Shown: positions 1 through 11,244 of the stretch, piece after piece
Numbering within the stretch: the first letter of the stretch is position 1
Layout of the letters: every line of letters begins with the position of its first letter
Made by a program: the position numbers and the translations under genes
The notes under the pieces: generated by a model
Databases searched by the model: none
Seen by the model: the letters and a program-made list of their open reading frames with translations, nothing else
What the model was told of the DNA's origin: nothing
DNA from: Zygnema circumcarinatum SAG 698-1b
Lineage: Eukaryota > Plantae > Zygnematophyceae
NCBI GenBank assembly: GCA_037447605.1
Contig: CM074811.1
Location: forward strand, 2,976,001 to 3,040,000
Reading direction: 5' to 3'
DNA length: 64,000 bases

Positions 1-139
1 CGCGTCCTCGTTAAGTGTCACGTCACGCACACGGACGTGTTGTCGCTGCTCGACTCCGCCGCATTCACTTGAGCATTCTTTCCACGTCACTTTTGCTTGT
101 GCTGCAAACATGGGCCAGATTTGTGAAGCCTTTCTTTTT

Positions 140-2570
140 CTGATTTTGGCAGAAGCTTGTATGGTAATACCCTAACAGGGTCTATCCCGAATTCTATCGG
201 AAACCTTGCGAATCTACAAACATTGTAAGTATTTTTCCCCTTAAATCTGAAATGAAAGTGATAGAAATGCCAGACAGAGGAATGACAGTGATAGAAATGC
301 TATTCGTGGCAGCATGTTTATTCAGTGCCTTATTTTTTTTATTTTTGGCAGATCCTTGGCTTCTAATTCCCTAACTGGATCTATCCCGGATTCTATCGGC
401 AACCTTGTGAATCTGCAAGGCTTGTAAGTATCTTTCCTCATAAATATGAAATGAAAGTGATAGAAATGTTAGACAATGAAATGCCAGTGATAGAATTGCT
501 AGTAGTGGAAGCATGTTTATTCAGTGCCTATTTTTTAATTTGGCAGATCCTTGGCTTCTAATTCCCTAACGGGGTCAATCCCGGATTCTATCGGCAACCT
601 TGCGAATCTGCAAGACTTGTAAGTTTTTTTTGTCAATAAATCTGAAATGAAAGTGATAGAAGTGCTAGTCGTGGCAGCATGTTTATTTAGTACGGGGTCT
701 TTTTTTTTTTTTTTTGGCAGAGAATTGGTTTTTAATTCCCTAACGGGTCCTATCCCGGATTCTATTGGCAAGCTTGCGAATCTGCAAGGATTGTAAGTAT
801 ATTTCCTCGTAAATCTGAAATCAAAGTGGTAGAAATGTCAGACAGAGGAATGCCAGTGATAGAAATGCTAGTCGTGGCAGCATGTTTATTGAGTGCCTAC
901 TTTTTTATTTTTTGGCAGATACTTGTATGGTAATTCCCTAACAGGGTCTATCCCGGATTCTATCGGCATCCTTGTAAATCTGCAAGCATTGTAAGTATTT
1001 TTCCCAATAAATATGAAATGAAAGTGATAGAAATGTTAGACAATGAAATGCCAGTGATAGAATTGCTAGTAGTGGAAGCATGTTTATTCAGTGCCTATTT
1101 TTTAATTTGGCAGAGATCCTTGGCTTCCAATTCCCTAACGGGGTCAATCCCGCATTCTATCGGCAACCTTGTGAATCTGCAGTACTTGTAAGTATTTTTC
1201 CTCATAAATCTGAAATGAAAGTGATAGAAATGCCAGACAAAGGAATGCCAGTGATAGAAATGCTAGTCGTGGCAGCATGTTTATTGAGTGCCTACTTTTT
1301 TATTTTTTGGCAGATACTTGTATGGTAATTCCCTAACAGGGTCTATCCCGGATTCTATCGGCATCCTTGTAAATCTGCAAGCATTGTAAGTATTTTTCCC
1401 AATAAATATGAAATGAAAGTGATAGAAATGTTAGACAATGAAATGCCAGTGATAGAATTGCTAGTAGTGGAAGCATGTTTATTCAGTGCCTATTTTTTAA
1501 TTTGGCAGATCCTTGGCTTCCAATTCCCTAACGGGGTCAATCCCGCATTCTATCGGCAACCTTGTGAATCTGCAGTACTTGTAAGTATTTTTCCTCATAA
1601 ATCTGAAATGAAAGTGATAGAAATGCCAGACAAAGGAATGCCAGTGATAGAAATGCTAGTCGTGGCAGCATGTTTATTGAGTGCCTACTTTTTTATTTTT
1701 TGGCAGATACTTGTATGGTAATTCCCTAACAGGGTCTATCCCGGATTCTATCGGCATCCTTGTAAATCTGCAAGCATTGTAAGTATTTTTCCCAATAAAT
1801 ATGAAATGAAAGTGATAGAAATGTTAGACAATGAAATGCCAGTGATAGAATTGCTAGTAGTGGAAGCATGTTTATTCAGTGCCTATTTTTTAATTTGGCA
1901 GATCCTTGGCTTCCAATTCCCTAACGGGGTCAATCCCGCATTCTATCGGCAACCTTGTGAATCTGCAGTACTTGTAAGTATTTTTCCTCATAAATCTGAA
2001 ATGAAAGTGATAGAAATGCCAGACAAAGGAATGCCAGTGATAGAAATGCTATTCGTGGCAGCATGCTTATTCAGTGCCTAATTTTTTAGTTTTGGCAGAT
2101 CCTTGGCTTCTAATTCCCTAACAGGATCTATCCCGGATTCTATCAGCAACCTTTTGAATCTGCAAGGCTTGTAAGTATCTTTCCTCATAAATCTGAAATG
2201 AAAGTGATGAAAAATTCAGACAGAGGAATGCCAGTGATAGAAACGCTAGTCGTGGCAGCATGCTTATGCAGTTCCTATTCTTTTATGTTTGGCAGATTTT
2301 TGGCTTCTAATTCCCTAACGGGGTATATCCCGGATTCTATCGGCAACCTTGTAAATCTGATAGGATTGTAAGTATTTTTCCCCAGAAAACTGAAATGAAA
2401 GTGATAGAAATGCCAAGCAGAGGAATGCCAGTGATAGAAATGCTAGTTGTGACAGAATGTTAATTCAGTGCCTAGTTTTTATACTTCTGGCAGACACTTG
2501 GATTTTAACTCCCTAACGGGGTCTATCCCGGATTCTATCGGCAACCTTGCGAATCTGCAAGATCTGTAAG
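140..2570 (+). repeat. Tandem array of 13 exon+intron modules (~174-199 bp), including a ~393-bp two-module unit repeated 3 times (about 919-2000)
   Basis: Exon start spacings are 199, 195, 174, 198, 197, 198, 195, 198, 195, 197, 197, 198. Introns are near-identical (GTAAGTATTTT...AAATGAAAGTGATAGAAATG...GTGATAGAA...GCAGCATGTTTATT...TTTTGGCAG). Confidence 0.97.
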
Positions 2571-5145
2571 TATTTAAGAAGCTGAAAGCCCCTCTCCCCG
2601 TATCAGATCGCACTGATGTGTCGAGAATCTTTGAACCAATCACGTCGTAGTGCCAGATACGCTTCAGATTCTTTCCTGCGCCATTCCTCCGATCTGTACG
2701 CTGCCGTACCGTACTCTCGTACTTCCTCCTGCCGGTGCCGGCCTGCGAGCGGCCTGTCGCCGGGCGGCGCCCACCCGCCCTTGAGAGGACCCGTGTCGTG
2801 TCACCCCAACTGCGCGTGTCCCTTGGCGACATCTCCTCCTCCATGCCACGCTGCGCAGAGCCCACCGCACCCTCCCCCATCCATGGAGGAGGAGGTGCCG
2901 TGAAGCTTCTCATTGGTCGATTGGCACGGGGCAACTTCGAGCTTCGGTTTGCATTTGAGCAATCATCCAACTGAGTTTCATTTTTTTTTTTTCCGCAAAA
3001 CATTTGCCGAGCTAGTGAAGCGTTTTATGAAGATCGGTGGATGCTAATTCACATGCAGACGCTTTACTAATTTTGAACGGCGTCATCCCGAACTCTATTG
3101 GGAACCTCGCGAGTCTGTATGAATTAAAATGGTTTTTTTTCTGAAATCATAAGTGCAATAACTTCTTGCATCTTACAAAGCAGCAAATTTCGATGTCGTG
3201 TATCCATGATTGCATGGAAAATGTTTGCCGCGTAGTTTTTTTCACTTCTGGTGTTTATATGCGAGTAAAATTTTAATCTCGCACTGCGCGTTTTTGAGAC
3301 TGCGTTTGAGAATTCGACTACAGAACGTGGAGTTGGATACCTGATTTATTCCTTTTCAGTCCAGAACAAACTTTGTCCTTGTCGTTACGTGTGTCTGCAG
3401 GTATTTGGGCAACAACAAACTGGAGGGGAGAGTGTCCGGCTTCATCTCTAAACTCACCCGACTGCAGTACCTGTAAGCACCGCTGCATCGATAACATTGT
3501 ATTCGCCCTTTGAATTTTTTCTCCCGGCCGAGCATTTGCACCTCTCAAACTACTACATTTATATCGCGCTTGGATGAGTTTTAAATTTATCTCATATTTT
3601 TGGTCACTTCTGTCACAGCGCGGGCTATTTTGACGCACAATAATGCACACTTTTGCATGCGAGAGATTACACATCGTTGTTGAGTGTTTAGGATTTAGAG
3701 TTTACGGATTGAGGTGGGGTTTAAGTTTTAAGATTGTATGTCTTAAAGTTCGAGGGGTTTAGGGGCTTATGAGTTAAAGGATTTAGTAGCGATGGGGCTT
3801 TAGTGGGTTCAACGTTTAAGGGATTGCAGGTTGAAAGGTTTATGGGAAGGGATTAGAGATTTAGGGGTTCATTGTTTGAGGACATGTGATGGACATAGGG
3901 TTGTGAGAGGGAGTCGAAGTCCTTGCAGAGAGCACAAGCGAATGTTTTCAGTGTCGGTGACACAAGAAAGACTCAAAGGGTTCTGTTGGAAATCTCCTCC
4001 CTCTCTCTCTAATGCGCCACCGTTAATGTCACCAGGGACTTAAACAACAACAAGTTGACAGGCTCCATAGCTCTTCTGAGCTATAACTACCTTTATAAAG
4101 TGGAGATCCAAGGCAACTACTTCTCCGGGCCAATCAACATTACAATTGTTGGTCGACCTCACTGCTACTCCAACTATACCAAAAACTGCATTTATCGCGA
4201 TATCACAGGATGTGGCGCAGCTCAACAACAGCAGAGACCTCCGCAAGAGTGCGCGGCCTTCTGCCAGAGCGATTCTCCCGAGGGAGCGTGCGGGGGCCGC
4301 GGCACGTGCGGGTACGACACGGCCACGTGCACATGCGACAAGGGATATGCGCTGGCATCCGGCACGTGCGGTGAGTTGCAACCTGCTGCTTGTAGATACT
4401 CGCAAGAAAGGAAAAGTAAAAGGGTGGTATAGGTTGTGGAAACTATCGCATGGCTATCAACTTTTACACTGTCGTTGCTGTTAGAGCACACTGAATGCGA
4501 TCCATGTGATTCCGCCAATAGGAGAGATTCAATTCTCGACCTTCTAGAAGCACATGGCAAGTATTACTTGGTGAACTCTGCAAGCCCATTCAAAAAATGG
4601 TGCAGAGTTTATCAGGAAATATCGAGAGTGCTTCTCCGATACCATGGTCGTAGCTTTCAATCAATTTTCTAGACCCAATCCAATCCCGTGCAAGCTACAA
4701 CATATCTCGTCTACATTTTCACGAGCTAGATAACCTGCGAGTTTGACCTTGCTCCTCTTCAAAGAGAAAATTGCGTAGCCGGAGAAATGACACAGGAATC
4801 TGATTTTCCGTGGAGATGCATATAGCTTGAGATGCACATACATGATGAAATATGACGTTCAGAAGTCTTGAAGTTAGTTTATTTTCATTTTGAAGGGTTT
4901 TCATTTCGTTCTGCATCCTCCCAAAACGTTTGTAAGGACGTGTTTCGATTAGAATATGTAAGCTATGGAAGAAGTGAGTTCGTCTGTAATTATGAACGGG
5001 AACTCACACAATGCCCTGCATTCTTGCAGCTTCACGATCCCCTCCTCCCCGTCCTCGGCCCCCTTCGAAAAGTCCCCCTCCACGTAAGCCTCCTCCCAGC
5101 CGTCGACCCCCTCCTCGACGTCCCCCTCCGAGCCGTTCTCCTTGA
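153..5145 (+). CDS. Multi-exon LRR protein (5' end outside the window): at least 14 single-LRR exons, a Cys-rich/EGF-like exon and a Pro/Arg-rich extensin-like C-terminal exon; no TM or kinase domain seen
   Basis: 72-nt exons flanked by CAG/GTAAG, phase 2-2, at 153-224, 352-423, 547-618, 721-792, 919-990, 1116-1187, 1314-1385, 1509-1580, 1707-1778, 1902-1973, 2099-2170, 2296-2367, 2494-2565 and 3401-3472. Each encodes a 24-aa plant-type LRR such as SLASNSLTGSIPDSIGNLVNLQGL. Exon 4036-4371 gives DLNNNKLTG...QRPPQECAAFC...CGGRGTC...CTCDKGYALASGTC. Exon 5030-5145 (phase 1) gives ASRSPPPRPRPPSKSPPPRKPPPSRRPPPRRPPPSRSP-stop. Confidence 0.88.
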
Positions 5146-5495
5146 GCCCCTCCTCCCGTTACCGATGCTGGTACTCTTCGCCTTGTCCCTTGACACCTCC
5201 TATGGCTGCTGCTGCTTACTGTTGCAGTCTATTTCCTGTCTTCCTTCTGATCATTTTGGAATGTATAGATTCGACTTTGCACAATCGTTGAAATTGATTT
5301 ACTTTGTTTGTTATCATTAGGCTATCTGATGGGAAGTTAAAAATTTAAAAAAAAACGAGAGATCCGTTATGATCCTCTTCACAAGACACGAAGCGTTATC
5401 TTATTGCATCAAATTCCTAGGGAGGTCACTGCATTCAAATAACGGATTCTTTTCATACTCCTCCACTCGTTTTCCCCTTTACTTTCAAGATTCAC

Positions 5496-6604
5496 CTTTC
5501 TTCATCGGCCTGCTCCTGACGGGCTCCTCTGCATGCAGGCGTGCCTTGAGGGGGCCATGGGGCGCGTGATGCTTCTCCTCCATCCTCCGCACTTTTAGAG
5601 GAGGAGGTGGTCAAAACTTGCTATGGCTCTACAGTAGTGCGCGTACCTGCACATGCATGGCATGACGAGGTAGTGGACGCACCATGGTAGTGGTATGCAC
5701 AGTGGATGCATAAAGACACGCTTGGGGGATGGATGAATGTTTTGTCGTCGGCTTTGGTTTCTCGTTGGCCTTGCGGCCTCATGCAGACAGTCGATCGCTC
5801 TCCTTGGTTGGGCAGCAGACCATGTTCGCGTCTCTGTCGAGAATATGTGACAAGTTGAAAATGATGCCAAGGAATGTTGTGAGCTGTCTTTGCTCAGAAG
5901 TCGGAATATTGTCATCTTCATTTTGATGTGCGACATGTCACGTCACGTCACGAGTGCACCCGCGGACGAGGCCAAACCAATTCCTTTTTCTTTAGGGCTG
6001 CGTACTTGAGTGGCGATTGTGTGGAGCATTCGCGGCAGCAGTCATTCGGAAGGATACGTTGGAGAGCGTGGCAGCGCATCGCTCGTGGTTTTGGAGGAAC
6101 AAGAGTTTGCTCATAGCCGCTTTCAAAAACTGTCGCAGGCGAGAAAGTTTCCACAGGACGATTTAAGAGCGTTTCTTTCATCAAAGCGTCCGCAAGTCAT
6201 TTCAGCACCACTCCAAAAACATAAAAAAAATGAAAAAACAATAAAATCGAGAAAACTCATGCTCTTCTTAGCGTACAATCCTGAATAAAAATAAAAATAA
6301 AAATAAAAATTGTCTGTTAAATTTGTTCAAAAAATATGCAGAAAGTTTTCAAAATTGGTCCCCCCCCGTGTTCCCAAACCCCTCACAAAGCTGACGTCGG
6401 CCGCCCCTTCAAGGAGCCGAAGAGCGCCTGCGATCGCTTGAACGCGTACGGATCCAAAATAATTTCTCCCATACCCTTCAAAATTTCTGAGCCCTCCGCC
6501 TCACTTTTTTCGACTGCCCCCTCGTCACATGCCATCGCTGCAGCGCCGTTCAACGGCCCAACTGTGCCCTTCCCTTGCATGGAACCGCCGCCCTTTAGCA
6601 GAGA
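5496..6604 (-). other. Possible fragment of an unidentified minus-strand spliced gene left of the 100-N gap
   Basis: Candidate exons with AG/GT boundaries (e.g. 6427-6387) can be joined as ...MACDEGAVEKSALRLLEGAADVSF..., but I recognise no family and the downstream frame is ambiguous. Confidence 0.25.
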
Positions 6605-6704
6605 NNNNNNNNNNNNNNNNNNNNNNNNNNNNNNNNNNNNNNNNNNNNNNNNNNNNNNNNNNNNNNNNNNNNNNNNNNNNNNNNNNNNNNNNNNNNNNNN
6701 NNNN
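6605..6704. other. Scaffold gap (100 N) truncating the insulysin-like gene
   Basis: Run of 100 N; the sequence on either side does not continue the same gene. Confidence 0.95.
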
Positions 6705-7600
6705 GGGAGGGGAGGAAAAATGGAGGAACCAGAAAGATGGTGGAGAATGGGGAGAGGGATGGAAGGGAGGGGGAGGGGGAGGGGAGGGGGAGGGGAGGGG
6801 GAGGGAGGGGAGGGGGAGGGGAGGAGGGGGATGGGGGAGGGGAGGGGGAGGGGAGCGGGAGGCAGAGCGGGAGGGGGGGAGGGGCAGGGAGGGAGGCATG
6901 CCCAGGGGAGGAGGGGAGGGGGAGGGAGGGGAGGCAGAGACAGGAGATGAGACAAATGGGATGCAAGAGTGTGTAAGGAGAGGGGAGCGGGGCAAGAAGG
7001 AGAGGGGAGGAGGAGGGGAGGGGGAGGGGAGGGGGAGGGGGAGGGGGGAGGCGGGAGGGGAGGGAAGAGAGGGGAGGGGGAGGGGGAGGGGGAGGGGGGG
7101 AGGGGAGGGGGAGGGGATGCAAAGGGGAGGGGGAGGGGGAGGGAGGGGGGAGAGTGGAGGGGGAGGGGAGAGGAGGAGGGGAGGGGGAGGGGGAGGGGAG
7201 GGGGAGGGGGTGGGGGAGGAGGGAAGGGTGGGGGAAGGAGGGGAGGGAGTGGGGGGAGGGGAGGGGGAGGGGGAGGGGGATGGGGAGAGGGGGGAGGGGG
7301 AGGGGAGGGGGAGAGGGAGGGGGCGGAGGGATGGGGAGGGGACACGAGGGGGAGTGTAGATGGAAGGAGATGCAAGGAGCGAAGGTTTTGGATGCGAGGG
7401 GAGGGGGAGGGGGGAAGAGAGGGAGGGGAGGGGGAGGGGAGGGGGAGGGGGATGGGAGGGGAGGGGTGGGGGGATGGGGGAGGGGGAGGGGAGAGGGGAG
7501 GGGAGGGGGGAGAGGGAGGGGAGGCCCAGAGGCAAGAAGCACGCAGACAAGGGGAGGGGAGGAGAGGGAGGGAGGGGAGGGGGAGGGGAGGGGAGGGAGC
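6705..7600. repeat. ~0.9 kb polypurine (G/A) tract, intronic
   Basis: Almost pure GGGGA/GGGA sequence; source of the poly-Pro and poly-Gly/Glu ORFs in the track. Confidence 0.95.
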
Positions 7601-7606
7601 AGGCAC

Positions 7607-8963
7607 CTGTCCAGAGCCTCTTCCAAATGCTCTTGGTTTACATCGAAGTGATAATTTGTGTGCTCCGAAGACGTGTAAGCGTTTGTATGGCCTCCGTGCT
7701 GGAAAAAAATAAATTAGATAAAGGAAAATTGAATTAGTGTTAATAAGCAAATCATGTGGGAGTGAGGCTTATAGACATTAAACACTTTTTGGAAACAAGA
7801 GACAAAAAAACAAGAAAGACTTAACAAGTGCGGCCTTCCACATTGTGCTCTTATTGCTTTGTTACTGCTATTTATACCCCATGTGCTTTTTAACAAAAGC
7901 TTCCCATTTCTTTTTTGCTTTTTTCAAGATTCTTTTGAGAGAGCGCACCTCGTTGAGGAAAATGGAATAACTGTCTTCTGTGGGATATTTCTCGCTCGAG
8001 AAAAACAGCATATGCTCTGTTGAATCAGCAAATAATAAAAATGAATCAACCGTTCGCTCTCTCTCTCTCTATCTCTCTCTCTCTCTCTCTTTCTCCCCTC
8101 TCTCTCTCTCTCAAGTGAAGCACAAATCAAGTGTGAAATATCAAACTTATCCTCTACTTGAATTTCGGGAAAACAAGTGAAACTAGGGTGCAAATGGGGT
8201 GAACTTGGAAGAAAATTGCAGAGGCCATGATTTGGGATTCCAAAATTATAAAAAAAATAAAAGGGATGCAAATGGGGTCTTGCGAGGACCTAGGAAATGC
8301 GCGAGTCCGGGCACGTCCTCGGGGTCGCTGAAATACCCAACGCTCACGGCCAGAGCCGCCGCCGCCTGCACGCCACACGCCTCTCAGATGGGCCTCACTC
8401 TCCCTCCCTCCCTCTTTCTCTCTCTCTCTCGCTCTCTCGCTCTCCCGCTCTCTTTCTCACTCTCTCTCTCTCTCTCGCTCTCTCGCGCTCTCGCTCTCTC
8501 ACCCTTTCTCTCTCGTTCTCAAACTGCTCCCACTCTCCTTCTGCCATACTGGTCTGGCCCACACTCTCACTCTCTCAGTTTCTCTTTCTCGCTTTCTGAG
8601 CAGCCCACTCTCGCCCTCTTGCTCTCCACCCCTTCTCTCTCTCTCTCTCTCCCACCTCCCCACTCTCTCTTCCTCTCCAAAATCAATCGCTCTCTCTCGC
8701 TCGCTCAGGCTGATTCTCTCCCTCTCCATACCTCTCCCTCTCCCTCTTGCCTGTCATCGCCTCTCTTCTTCAAGCAGCGCCCACGCAGAGCCCATCCGCA
8801 AATAAAATCAAATTAAGCAAAACAGAAATTGGACCTTATCAGTCTCCGGGTCGCTCACGAGCAGCACTTGCAGCTCATTCGCCAGCGCCACCTGGCGGTA
8901 CCCCCGCTTGTCGTTCGCGGCCTTCAGCAGAACCCCCCCCTCCCCCTCCTCCACCGCCGCCAT
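7607..8963 (-). CDS. Insulysin / insulin-degrading-enzyme-like M16A metallopeptidase, first 4 exons only (3' part lost at the gap)
   Basis: Exons 8963-8835 (MAAVEEG...NDKRGYRQVALANELQVLLVSDPETDK), 8365-8290 (AAAALAVSVGYFSDPEDVPGLAHFL), 8016-7949 (EHMLFFSSEKYPTEDSY) and 7698-7607 (HGGHTNAYTSSEHTNYHFDV...ALDR). The inverted zinc motif HFLEH (HxxEH) is assembled across a splice junction and all phases are consistent. Confidence 0.93.
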
Positions 8964-9795
8964 GCTTTCTGCGAATTCGAAATTTCCCAAGAAGATAAAT
9001 GCACCGCGCTTCCTTTTCCGGTTATCTTACGCCCAAAATCGCTCCAATTCTCCAATTCTCCAATTTCCTCTTTTTGCTCTTTTTTTTTTTTTCCCTCTTT
9101 CTTTCCTTGCCTCTTCCCCGCCGCGGAGGGCCGGAGGCTTTGGCTCTTGAGAGGCCAACCGTTGGACGTTGGGCCGTTGGCACAGGTGGATCCAAACTTG
9201 GAAGTCGACCTGAATGGGTTCCGAATCCAAGTCAGTAGTAGATCTACGTTGTGGACCCGCGATTTTTGCATTCGAGCAGTCTCAGTTTATAATCGCTGTA
9301 ACTGCCCACAGCTGTTTCTATGTTTGAAGAAGTGCCTGTTTTTCGCAACGAGCCGTTAGTTTACAGTAAAGTAAAGCCATTTCACAGTTCACTACGACAG
9401 TACTGGTACTGTACGAAGGTGTACGGTAATGTACGAAAAAGTACGGAAATGTACGCATCGATGGCTTTCATGGCTCCATGGGGAGGTCAAGGCCTGATGA
9501 TGGGCCCTGCCATCCATATCGGCCAATCAGAATTCACCACGTGTACAAAAATTACACGTGGCTTTCTCCCATTGGCAGATGCTCGACTGTGTAAAGGACG
9601 CGAAGGCGAAATGCCCTCCCTCTGACCTCATTCCCTCCCTGCCTGCCTCCCTCTCCGTCTCCCTCCCTCTCCTCGCTCTCCCTCCCTTTGACCCCTCTCT
9701 CTCACAAGCAGCATCTTCCTCATCCGCCATCTCCTTCCCCTCTCACCTCCCGCCCCCCCCTCCCTCCCTCCTCCTCGGCAGCCGCGGCCGCAGCC
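8964..9795. promoter_or_regulatory. Bidirectional promoter of the insulysin-like gene and NDUFA13, with site-II-like TGGGCC motifs and a phased GTAC array
   Basis: 832 bp between divergent ATGs. TGGGCC at 9170 and 9501. GTAC at 9400, 9406, 9411, 9421, 9431, 9441 and 9451. Confidence 0.55.
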
Positions 9796-11244
9796 ATGAC
9801 GGAGGCGGCGATCCGCGCGAAGCAGGGCATGAAGTCGGTGAAGGAGATGCCCGTGCTGCAGGACGGGCCCCCGCCCGGCGGCTTCCCCGCCGTGCGCTAC
9901 GCGCGCAACATCCCCAATACGGGCCCTTCAGGCGTGGCCATAGCCCTCGTCGCTACGGGGATCATGGCGTGGGGGTTCTACCAAGTGGGGCAGGGGAACA
10001 TCAAACGCAGGTACATTCATGCTGCAGGAGTTTGGAATTGTCTGCGGAGGCGCTTTTTTTTTTTTTTTGGTTGTGGATGTTTTCTTTAGAAGTTAACCCT
10101 AGCCCTAATCCTAGCGTTAACCCTAATCCTAACCCTAACCCTAATCCCAACCCTAACCCTAACCCAACTCTAACTCTAACCATCACCCTAATCCTAATCC
10201 CAAAACTCGTTCTTGCCCGAAACCTTATCGAACTTTGATTCAGTTTTGATAAGTATCTCGACTGACTTATCTCAAATTAATACGTTTCCCGAAATAACAG
10301 CAACAAGCGCCCTTCGTCGCTGCTTTCCGTTAATACCATTTGCACTGCTTCCACCTCACGCTCACTTCACCTCAGAGTTAGGCTACTTTTAGGGTAAGGA
10401 ACGGTCAGGATTAGGTTATGGGGTCAGCGCAAGCTGGGGCAGTGGTTCAGAGCAGAGGGCTAGGGAGTAGGGTTGGAACAGTCATAATCAAATTTGAATT
10501 CAGTTTTCTTTCGAGCTAGGTTTAGGCTTAGGGTTACGGTTTAGAACGACTCGGATTTTAGAAATGCAGGAGAAAGGGAGAAGAGGAAGAGAGAGAAAGG
10601 ATAGAGAGCGAGAGAAGTGAGAGAGACAAGTGAGAGAAAGAGAGAGAATACTTCTGTTACATTTGACTCACTTTACGGAATTTTTGGATACATTCCTTGC
10701 CGTTTCTGATTTTCATTCAGCAGGGAAGCCGTATAAGCAAGCTTGTTCTCTCCGTTTTTTTAGTCGGCTACCTTCTGCTTTTGTCTCTGCTAATTCTGAT
10801 CCTTTGTTTGTTCGGATCCTGAACATGTTTGAATGTGTGCTTTGATGTTTGGAGCAGGGCTCTCAAGAAGGAGAAATTGGATGCAAGAGTCGCGATCCTA
10901 CCCTTGATTCAAGCTGAAGAAGATGCAAGGTGAAGAAGCTTTGCCTACGATGCATGACAAGTTCAACTCATCTCTGGGATTTCTTGTTATAAACATTGAT
11001 ATGGTTCAAAAGGTAAAAAATGACAATCTCTGGCATGCTCCGGTCCACAAGCACAGCTTGCTTACTATATGTTCTTTTTTTTTTTTCCTTTTTTGTTTCC
11101 AGATTTGTTCAAGCGAAGAAGAAGGCCCTGGACGAGGAGGCCAAGATTATGGCGAAGGTACCGGGATGGAAGGTGGGAGAGAACGTGTACAACTCGGGGC
11201 GGTGGATGCCTCCTTCAACTGGAAAGATAGAACTTCAATACTGA
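9796..11244 (+). CDS. NDUFA13: NADH dehydrogenase (complex I) subunit B16.6 / GRIM-19
   Basis: Exons 9796-10010, 10858-10929 and 11103-11244: [46 protein letters not shown]...[33 protein letters not shown]...[19 protein letters not shown]. Confidence 0.97.
10092..10200. repeat. Degenerate (CCCTAA)n telomere-like hexamer array in NDUFA13 intron 1
   Basis: AACCCTAGCCCTAATCCTAG...CCTAACCCTAACCCTAATCCCAACCCTAACCCTAAC. Confidence 0.85.

Noticed and set aside
153-2565. CRISPR-like repeat-spacer pattern, and the track ORFs MKVIEM... (1080-2081)
   Set aside because: The periodicity is exon+intron duplication, and the ORFs are off-frame read-throughs of introns.
6380-6440. Transferrin-like motif GALRLLEGAADVSFVR
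   Set aside because: It lacks the conserved Cys and Tyr context and is too short to support the call.
6383-7750. Long poly-Pro, poly-Gly/Glu/Arg and (LS)n or (ER)n ORFs here and at 15.4-15.9, 28.4-30.6, 43.6-45.2, 50.0-51.7 and 62.8-63.8 kb
   Set aside because: They are translations of stop-free simple-sequence introns, not extensins; the real exons are defined by splice sites.
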